Source: Calditrichota bacterium (GTDB lineage: Bacteria; Electryoneota; B3-LCP). Taken from it: a stretch of 64,000 nucleotides of DNA. This document shows positions 29,879 through 37,860 of this stretch, one piece after another. The stretch spans positions 4,115 through 68,114 of the forward strand of contig JAGVQJ010000153.1 in NCBI GenBank assembly GCA_020051775.1, read 5' to 3'. A program made the position numbers and the translations under genes. Position 1 is the first letter of the stretch. Each line of letters begins with the position of its first letter. The notes under the pieces are model-generated. The model was not told where the DNA came from, ran no database searches, and was given only the letters and a program-made list of their open reading frames with translations.

Positions 29879-32020
29879 TTATTTCACCAGAACCATTTTC
29901 ATCGTTTTCGTGAAATCTGTGGTCTGGAGGTGATAAATGTACATGCCGGTTGCCAATCCTGAGGCATCGAAAGTAACCTGATGCACACCCGCTTCGAACT
30001 CCCCATTGACCAAAGTTTCCACGAGTCGGCCCTGCAAATCGAAGACCGCCAGGTTGACGTGATCGCTGTGGGGCAACCCAAGGCTGATCGTCGTGGTGGG
30101 GTTGAACGGGTTGGGACAATTCTGCGAGAGGCTGTAATCAACAGGGATCTGCAACATGCCGCCCTGACCGCAAATGCCCGGCCGTTCCGTGGGCATAGTG
30201 GTTTCCTCGTTACCGCCGCCCGAGACGGTTTTATAGAAGGTGAAGAACCCATCTTCGTAACCCGGCAGAGTGGGATATACTTCACCTACTGTACTGTGCA
30301 TATCCAGCGCACCGACCAACAAGGGAGAGGCGGGGATGGGAGCGGAGATAGTGGCGTTGTAAATCTCATTTGGCTCAAAGGTGTAATTGTCCTCGATTAA
30401 CGCCTGGAGCATTACTACACCATCCTGCATTACGTACCACCAAATATCCGCGGTGTAAGGGATACTCAGGAGATTCGTAACGGTAAGGTCCCATACCAGG
30501 TTTCCTCCCTCCGGCGGGATATAGAGCCCTGATCCCGTTGGTGGTACGATTGACAAATTGAAGTCAGCGGGGACAGAGATATCCGCACGCATATTCCAAT
30601 CGTAAGCATTGGGATCGGGATCCCAGCCGGTGCTGGATTTTATCCAGGCTTGATTGGATTTCAGAGGATCATCGAATCTTAGCAAGGAAGTTGTGGTGCC
30701 CAGGAAGTAATAAGCAACATAGAAAGGACCGTCAGTTTGGACCGCTACCGGATATTCATTCCACCCGGTGGCGGGGTTGGCATCCGAGGCCGTCCACAAC
30801 ACTGCTCCAGGTACACCCCCTACTTCTTCAATTACTTTTATCTGGGCGCCGGAGGCGAAGGGTGATTGCCAAATCTGTAGGTTTTCAATCGAGACGTGGT
30901 CAATCCAGAAAGCGCTGGTGCCAAGACCGGGGTCAAAGCGCATAGCGAAAGCGCCATCGGGAAGCACGGTGAAGCTGGCGCCATAGTACGTTCCATAATC
31001 AACGTACCCCAACCAGGCGGGTGGAGAATAAACCTGGAATTCAATGCTCTTGGAGTCATTATCCTCATTCTCGTCTCTGGTGTACTCCACAGAAATCACA
31101 TAGTAGTAACGATCATCATCGTCAACGTTCCAGGTGAAATCATGGATTTCAAATCCCCCGGGCGGTATTGGGTTGGTAATTGTATGAGTTTGTTGCGCTT
31201 CCAGAGTGCTACTTTCCCCTTGTTCTGAGTACAACATGCAGGTGACGGTAGCTGTTTCGCCCGTTAGCGGCGAGGGGATATCCCCAGTGTTTGTTAGAAT
31301 TGCCTGACATACCGATACCGCCGGATTCTGGTTCAGGATGAAATAGCCGTTGTGCGTGATGGCAGTGACGGCCAGGTCCCATAGCCCGGTATATTCCCCA
31401 CCGGCACGGATGAAATTATCGCCCGGAGAAGGATCGGGAATGGGCTGAGACAGGTTGAAGTAGGTTTTGGAGTAGTTATCAACCGGCAAGGAAGGGGCGA
31501 CGTCGTAAATTTCCCACGGAGCATTCGGGGGACCCTCCGAGGTAATTCTAAGCCAAAACCATTCGTTGGCATCGAAAACAGTCCAGGGGTCGGGGGAGTT
31601 GGGGAAGCTGATTTCATCCCAGAATTCAAGTCCGGGATCGTAGATCGCGGTGATTTCCCAAATAACCGTACCAGGATTGTGAACGATTCCGTTGTAGAAA
31701 TCTTCGAGCAGAGTGATGGTAATGGGACCCGTACCATTCAAATGCAGCAACATTCCCTGAAGCTCGAATTCAGCGATCGGCATAAACCGGGTGGCTAAAG
31801 CGAAATTGTGCAACCCGTTAAAATGCTGGTAGGGAATGCCGTCATCCCAGAACAGAACGTCGGTAAACACATCGAGCGTGCTGGGATTTCCGTTCGGAGT
31901 CAACATGTGCGGGTAGAGGGTCGGCTCGAGATTGTTAGGCCCGTACCCGGCTACGGCAGTGACGTTGCCCAGCAACGCCAGAACCACCATGATGAACATG
32001 ATTTTAATTACTCGTTCCAT
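29879..32020 (-). CDS. Acidic secreted protein (CARDB/Ig-like domains) with CTD
   Basis: Start MERVIK with AGGAGGAG RBS; signal peptide; DLAVTAI...NTG...DENEDND; CPNPFNPTT CTD. Confidence 0.85.
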   Translation of the reverse strand: MERVIKIMFIMVVLALLGNVTAVAGYGPNNLEPTLYPHMLTPNGNPSTLDVFTDVLFWDDGIPYQHFNGLHNFALATRFMPIAEFELQGMLLHLNGTGPITITLLEDFYNGIVHNPGTVIWEITAIYDPGLEFWDEISFPNSPDPWTVFDANEWFWLRITSEGPPNAPWEIYDVAPSLPVDNYSKTYFNLSQPIPDPSPGDNFIRAGGEYTGLWDLAVTAITHNGYFILNQNPAVSVCQAILTNTGDIPSPLTGETATVTCMLYSEQGESSTLEAQQTHTITNPIPPGGFEIHDFTWNVDDDDRYYYVISVEYTRDENEDNDSKSIEFQVYSPPAWLGYVDYGTYYGASFTVLPDGAFAMRFDPGLGTSAFWIDHVSIENLQIWQSPFASGAQIKVIEEVGGVPGAVLWTASDANPATGWNEYPVAVQTDGPFYVAYYFLGTTTSLLRFDDPLKSNQAWIKSSTGWDPDPNAYDWNMRADISVPADFNLSIVPPTGSGLYIPPEGGNLVWDLTVTNLLSIPYTADIWWYVMQDGVVMLQALIEDNYTFEPNEIYNATISAPIPASPLLVGALDMHSTVGEVYPTLPGYEDGFFTFYKTVSGGGNEETTMPTERPGICGQGGMLQIPVDYSLSQNCPNPFNPTTTISLGLPHSDHVNLAVFDLQGRLVETLVNGEFEAGVHQVTFDASGLATGMYIYHLQTTDFTKTMKMVLVK

Positions 32021-32150
32021 TGTACTCCTCCTGAATTTGGGTTGAGTGATGGTACTTTTAGTACTAATGGTGCTGGTACAGATACAGAATGGCAAAAATG
32101 TTAGTTTTTTCTTGCTTAATCCGCTATTTTATGCTTAATTATGAACAAAG

Positions 32151-32352
32151 ACACCGCCCCCTGACCTCAATGGACAGAGGACGGGTCCCGCGCGCCGTTC
32201 CGGGGAGGGTCCCTTCAACCAGTACCCGGAGCGGCCGTTTTATTTGGTGTATCTGCTAATATTGGAAACACCGCCCCCTGACCCCTAAAGTCAGGGGGCG
32301 GGTCCCGCGATTCGCTTCGGGGAGGGTCCCTTCAACCAGTAACCGAAGCGAA
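32151..32352. ncRNA. Two tandem copies of an unidentified 85-nt structured RNA motif
   Basis: Copies at 32151-32235 and 32268-32352 share an invariant GGGGAGGGTCCCTTCAACCAGTA core; flanking stems show compensatory changes. Confidence 0.6.
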
Positions 32353-32692
32353 CGATTAGATTTTGCCTTTTGCAATCTATGCCGATTTCAGCTCTATCGG
32401 ATTTCGGCAAAAATAAATCCCTGTACGGAGAGAATACGCTCGCAGCCGTATAGGGAAGTAGAGTAGTTAAGCGTTAAGGTGAAAAGGATTTTGTAGGCAA
32501 ATATGGAATTTAAGGCGATCCCTGGTGAATCACAGATAATCCCCATCTACTACTCCATTATGTTACAACTGAATGTACATATATGATAGCGGATAATTGA
32601 AAGGGTATGCTGCAAGATCGGCCTTGAGGAATCAGTGAAGCCGAGGCGCGGAAGTGGCCGTTGGTTTGGCGGTTAAGGAATATTTGGCTACT

Positions 32693-32721
32693 AATATAAT
32701 AGACCATTCCAAGAATGTCAA
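32693..32721 (-). promoter_or_regulatory. Strong promoter about 670 nt upstream of the CTD gene
   Basis: TTGACA-N17-TATATT on minus strand. Confidence 0.7.
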
Positions 32722-32973
32722 GTCTTTTTCATGAAATATTTATTAATTTATTAGAATAGTGAATGCCGTTTAATCTTCCCAGGAACTAGTCTAAGGGTTC
32801 GCCTTCTCCCTTCTCAGTTTGGTTATTTACAACGAGTTACTATTTTGGGGAAATTTGCCATCATGTGATGGGTATCACTTCCTTAAGACTTAAGACCCTC
32901 TAAATTGATTCCCACCTTTCGCGCTGCCCCTATTCATAAGTTAACGCTCATTTTCAATAACAAACCAGAGCTT

Positions 32974-33282
32974 ATGCACGTTCTGATGGATTTTCAGGAT
33001 CGAGCCATTCGGTTGACCGAGGAGAGGCAGAAGCACATCGCGGACTTCACGGAACCAGCCGCTAATCTGGCTTCCATTCGTGAAACGCTTCGCCAACCCG
33101 ACGTCATGACGGAAGCGTTTCATCATCCTGAATTACGCTTGTATTACAGAATCTACAGCCGGCGTTCCCCGGACGAACGTAATTTTCATGTGGTAGTCAA
33201 AGTGCGTGGGTACGACATGTTGGTGGTCACTGCCTTTTTCGGCAAGCAACTTCAGTGGGAGGGGAACCGGTGGAAGGATTAA
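32974..33282 (+). CDS. RelE/PBECR-like putative toxin
   Basis: IRLTEERQKHI...IRETLRQPD...LYYR...VVVK...VVTAF pattern. Confidence 0.65.
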   Translation: MHVLMDFQDRAIRLTEERQKHIADFTEPAANLASIRETLRQPDVMTEAFHHPELRLYYRIYSRRSPDERNFHVVVKVRGYDMLVVTAFFGKQLQWEGNRWKD

Positions 33283-33506
33283 AGATTTGGTATGATCCCG
33301 AAGGTGATTTTTTGGAAGTCAATTTCGCCCGCAAGCCGGGAATATTTCAAGCCACTCCGGTGCGAAACATGATGGTCAAACTGGATGATGAGGGCCACAT
33401 CATCGGCTTCTCAATTCTGAATATCAGCGAAGTGGCCGATACGCCGATGGAAATTGATATCCCGCTGAGTAAGTTGCAAATCTTGTCTGAATTGCCGGTC
33501 GGTTAA
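33270..33506 (+). CDS. DUF2283 family putative antitoxin
   Basis: LKIWYDPEGDFLEV...VKLDDEGHIIGFSILN. Confidence 0.8.
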   Translation: MEGLKIWYDPEGDFLEVNFARKPGIFQATPVRNMMVKLDDEGHIIGFSILNISEVADTPMEIDIPLSKLQILSELPVG

Positions 33507-33568
33507 TTCCGATTCGTTCCATAATGGGGAGAGGTTTCTGACAGCCAGTGGCCTACATAATGGCATGT

Positions 33569-35157
33569 TTACGGTAAATAGATGACCTTTAGGCGCTGGA
33601 CACGGAAGCCCTCCCCGACCCTGATTTCTAACACAAAAACCCCCGCCGCCAATCCCGGTTGCAGCGGTATGCTGACCTGAGACTGACCGGGGGTTGTGCG
33701 TTCCTGCCACTGACCCACCACCCGACCCGAAACGTCAAAAAGAGTTAGGATTATCTCTCCCTTGACATTCAACCCACCTAAATCAACGCAGAACACCCCA
33801 TTAGTTGGGTTGGGATAGACTACGGCATTGAATTTTCTCGGAACGAAAGCGGGGGGAATTGCGGAACGGCGTTGGGAGTAAAATCCCCCACCACAGCCCG
33901 GATATGAAGATCGCCTTCAGTCACCGCCTGCCATCCTGATTGGTATGCGGCGCTGGATCGCAAGAAAACCGGAGGTTGATCCATCGAAACGGCTGCCAGA
34001 GAGACCGAGCCGGTTGTTGCCATCTGCAAACCAACGTGGAAGGTATCGGGAGCGATGAGCGCAGCCGAGCGTAGATCCACCCAGGACCAGGCTTCCGGTT
34101 CTTCCGGTGTGCTGGCAGGCCAGAGCATAAATGGCCCAGCCAGCACCGGACCGGGAAATCCGGATGAATCCGCCCAGACGTATACAGCGATGGAATCCAA
34201 CGGGTGGCCGGGGTCGGTGTACATGCGCACCAAGGCCGACGTCACATATCCGGCGTTGTGCGTTAGGAAACGCACGGCAGCCAACGTCCCGGGCGGGCCT
34301 TCAAGGATATTCTCCGAAACGCCATCGTCCATAATGAGCATCTGCCCGGCCAGGTAGGCGAAAGTATCGCTCAGGGAAACGTGCGGTTGAGGCGCCGCAT
34401 CGCTGGCCTGAAAGTAATATTCCACCAGCGTACCGGCTTCCTGCGCGGGAATCGTGTGGTAATAATTCTCGCCAAGAATGCTATCCTGAGGCGATTCAAC
34501 AAACCCTCCGCCGTCCAACTGATAATACAAATGTTCTTCGGAAATACCGGATGCATCCCACACTTCAGCGAGGAGATGACGCGCTCCGACGCTGCCCTGG
34601 TAAGCTTCAGGACCCCGGTGCAGGATAAGCGGCCCTGACTGGTCGTCGGGAAGCCCAAAAACAGTGACGTTGTCTATATTCACACCGTCGAAGGCATACA
34701 GCGGATCCGAGATAAAGCGGAAACGCAGACGCACATTAGGCAAGCCGGCGAAGGCGCCCAGATCGTATTGGCGGAGCTGCCAGGTCTGGTTAGTTCCCGT
34801 TAACGAACCCAGGGGCACCCAGACGAGGCCATCGCGCGAAGCCTCGATCCAACAGAAATCAAACCCCTGCTCAATTTCCCAGCGGGCTTGTAACTCCAGA
34901 CGAGCGCCCAGGTACGGCGTCAAGTTGGCGCCAGTTATGGTAGAGGCGGTCAAGATGGTGTCGGAATAGTAATTGCCGAAGGGGCTTTCGGTGAGTGAAT
35001 GTGTGGGGGAAAAACTATAGTTTTCGGTCAATCCCCAGCCGGTGGTCTGCCACAACCCAATGCCGCCTTCAAAATCGTCGTAGAGCACGACATTTTGAGC
35101 GGAGGCCGCAATGCCAGCTGTAAAGATAATCAGGAAGATATAAATTAGACGTTGCAT
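33569..35157 (-). pseudogene. Secreted protein whose CTD is frameshifted at a G6 tract
   Basis: 445-aa ORF stops at 33820; the -1 frame continues VVYPNPTNG...FDVSGR...AAGVFVL...KVIYLP; junction at G6 33851-33856. Confidence 0.75.
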
Positions 35158-35351
35158 GTAAATAGTATACGCATTTGAGGCGGGAAAAGCAAGGGAAAGT
35201 GGATCGTAAACCGTTCACTTCCGGGCCATCGAGCTGGCCCGGCCACCCAGATCCTCACCCAGCGTTGAAACGCTGGGCCATACGGCCCGTCCTTTCAGGA
35301 CGGATCCTGTAATCCGTCCCATGGGGACGGGACAGGGCAGCCCAGGGTTTC

Positions 35352-35529
35352 AGAATCTGTCCGACAACTACTGCTTTGACCGATTCTCCTTGTCACCCGA
35401 TTAAAATCGGGTGCTCGTTAAAAAAATGGAAGTCGTTGAAACGACTGAATTTTGAATTAGTGGTTTTAACCACTTGATTCCAACGAGCACCGGAATTTAT
35501 TCCGGTGTCGAGGTTGTCGGACAGATTCT
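35352..35529. mobile_element. 178-bp MITE with 17-bp terminal inverted repeats
   Basis: AGAATCTGTCCGACAAC...GTTGTCGGACAGATTCT flanked by TC duplication, splitting CCCAGGGTTTC|AACCCTGG. Confidence 0.8.
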
Positions 35530-35622
35530 TCAACCCTGGAAAAACCTCCATTCTCCACTTTGCATTTAACTTTTACCGCCACCCTAATCCCATAAAAACA
35601 TTTCCCAAGCAAAAAATTCCCC

Positions 35623-35651
35623 TTGACATTTGCACTGGAATTGCTTATATT
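35623..35651 (+). promoter_or_regulatory. Sigma70-type promoter
   Basis: TTGACA-N17-TATATT. Confidence 0.7.
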
Positions 35652-35824
35652 ATCTCACTGGATCATCTTTCCTATTCTCCAGGGGCGTCCTCGCCCACCG
35701 CTAAAGCGATGGGCTACATATATACCAAGCCCCCTGAAGGGGGCTGAAAAACTACCAAAGACGCGGCCAGCCACGAGAAACCGTCACGGTATGGACCGTG
35801 ACGGACCAGATAGCGAAGCGACCC

Positions 35825-37543
35825 ATGAAAACCTTAAAGCTAATGCTGCTGCTGGCCACTATGTGGCTGGCCGCGCTAAACCCTGCCGCCGCCCAGTGGA
35901 CCAGCGACCCCTACCACGGTATGGCGAACGTGTGCGATGCGCCGGGAGAACAATTTGCCCCGAGAACTCACCCCCTGGCCGGAGGCAGAACCTTAATTAT
36001 CTGGAAAGATGATAGAAGACCCCCGTCGGGGATTTACAATATTTTTTACCAGGTTCTCGATTCCTGCGGCAACACCCTCCTGCAGGATAATGGTTCACCC
36101 ATTGTCGAAGGAAACTGGGCTACGGGATGGAGCGATGGGGGGACATTTAGAAACTTAGCGGATGACGGTGCTGGGGGCTGCATCGTTGTTTTTAGTGATC
36201 AGCGGGACGAAACCTGGGACATCTGGGGTCAACGGATAGACAGCTTGGGCAATCGCTTATGGGGACCGTTGGGCCTGCATCTAGTTACCTGGCCCGGACC
36301 CAGCAGCACTACTACATTTGTGGAAGATTTAGTGGTAGATTCTTTAGGAAACTATTTCCTATCATTTGGCAATTATCAATATACCGTACAAGACTATGAT
36401 ATTTACACTCAGAAGTTTACGGTGGAAGGTGACCTTCTATGGGGACCCAGCGGCGTACCGACTTGCGCCAGTGCGGAGGTCTTACAAGAAAACCAGAGAT
36501 CCCTCCCCGACCAGCGGGGCGGAGCCATGATTGTTTTTGGCCGAGAAGAGGTGCTCCCCAATGTATTTTATGCCTATGCCCAACACCTGGACGAACAAGG
36601 AAACCAACTGTTTGGCCCCGGAGGCAGAAAACTACACCACCATAACGGCTATGGGATCGGCATAACAGGTGGATTTATAGATGAATGCGTGCCCGATGAT
36701 GAAGGGGGAGGTGTGTGGTCGTATAATGACAACTACTATTGTTATTTGATCCATTTGGATTCGCTGGCTCAGGAGTCATGGATCATGTTCAGACAGGATA
36801 TGCCCTTTAATGCAACCGTTAACCTGCTGCGGCATCCGCTGGATGGGAGCATCTGGTGGCTGACCAGCGGGCATGGGTATGGGACTGAGCCGCCCGTATT
36901 CTATTCGCTGCAACGCCTTAATCTGAACGGTACTCAATTATTCGGTCCGCAGGGCATCCACCTGCGGCAAGGTGAACAGCTTGTGCCCACCGCCAGTGGA
37001 AATGTCATCAATGTCGGTTATGTGGGCACGCCCCACAAAACCAGGCTGTTTGCCCAGCGCATTGACTCCATTGGGCAAACAGTTTGGGAAACCTCGGTGG
37101 CATTAGGTGTAGCTGCTTTTTATGGCGGATCAGCATTTTTTAATCCCAACGCCTGTACGGATGGAAGTGATGGAGCGGTTATTTCTTTCATTCGAAACTA
37201 CGGCCAATATCCCGGCAATTCCGATGGTGTTTCTGCTCAGCGAGTACATAATGATGGCCAACTGGGTTGTGCCTTAGAAGAACGAATAATTCCTTCTAAA
37301 ACCCGTCTGATCAGATCCCTGAGTGATGATCTCATGGAATACATGATACCTCAGGCAAGTAAAATAAAACTTGAACTGTATGACCTGCTGGGCCGTAGAG
37401 TCGCTCTGATCGAAGAGGGGGTTCAACTCGAGGGAATTCACACCGTCCGATGGACGACCGAAGGACTGGCCGCCGGAGTTTATTTCGTCCGCCTGGAAGC
37501 GGCCGGGATAGTGGATACCGGAAAGATCGTGGTGCTCAAATAA
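35825..37543 (+). CDS. Secreted beta-propeller-like protein with CTD
   Basis: Signal peptide; repeats 'DGxGG..ivW.D.R...IYaQRiD..G..lWG'; CTD LYDLLGRRV...AGVYFVRL...KIVVLK. Confidence 0.8.
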   Translation: MKTLKLMLLLATMWLAALNPAAAQWTSDPYHGMANVCDAPGEQFAPRTHPLAGGRTLIIWKDDRRPPSGIYNIFYQVLDSCGNTLLQDNGSPIVEGNWATGWSDGGTFRNLADDGAGGCIVVFSDQRDETWDIWGQRIDSLGNRLWGPLGLHLVTWPGPSSTTTFVEDLVVDSLGNYFLSFGNYQYTVQDYDIYTQKFTVEGDLLWGPSGVPTCASAEVLQENQRSLPDQRGGAMIVFGREEVLPNVFYAYAQHLDEQGNQLFGPGGRKLHHHNGYGIGITGGFIDECVPDDEGGGVWSYNDNYYCYLIHLDSLAQESWIMFRQDMPFNATVNLLRHPLDGSIWWLTSGHGYGTEPPVFYSLQRLNLNGTQLFGPQGIHLRQGEQLVPTASGNVINVGYVGTPHKTRLFAQRIDSIGQTVWETSVALGVAAFYGGSAFFNPNACTDGSDGAVISFIRNYGQYPGNSDGVSAQRVHNDGQLGCALEERIIPSKTRLIRSLSDDLMEYMIPQASKIKLELYDLLGRRVALIEEGVQLEGIHTVRWTTEGLAAGVYFVRLEAAGIVDTGKIVVLK

Positions 37544-37755
37544 CCCACTCACAAATCCCCCCTACCCCCCATGCTAAGGGGGAGAAACAACAAGGCGCCT
37601 GGCGGCGCCTTTCATCTCGGTGGTGGCAGACGCCCTCGTCTGCCACTGACATTTCTGCCAGACGAGGACGTCTGGCAGCACAGGAATCGGGGCCGAGGAC
37701 GACGCCGACTACGGATTGGATTCCGGGCGCGGGATGAATCCCTTGCCGGAATGAC

Positions 37756-37860
37756 ACCAGCCACCAATAACCAACTACCACACTCTAATTACCAGCCACC
37801 AGCCACCAGCCACCAGCCACCAGCCACCAGCCACCAGCCACCAGTCACTAGCCACCGACT
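37756..37860. repeat. Heptamer tandem repeat (ACCAGCC)n
   Basis: 7 perfect consecutive units from 37791 plus degenerate units in register, 15 units in total. Confidence 0.9.

Larger units (their letters stand above)
35221..35745. repeat. Cluster of REP-like palindromes
   Basis: CCCAGCGTTGAAACGCTGGG, CCGTCCTTTCAGGACGG, CCGTCCCATGGGGACGG, GCCCACCGCTAAAGCGATGGGC, AGCCCCCTGAAGGGGGCT. Confidence 0.7.

Noticed and set aside
32151-32352. CRISPR array, twister ribozyme or known riboswitch
   Set aside because: Only two long units, no cas genes; lacks the twister GUCCCAAGC core and known aptamer consensus
32459-32560. AGAGTAG...GCGTTAAG as a THF riboswitch
   Set aside because: 3' consensus elements are absent and no folate gene follows
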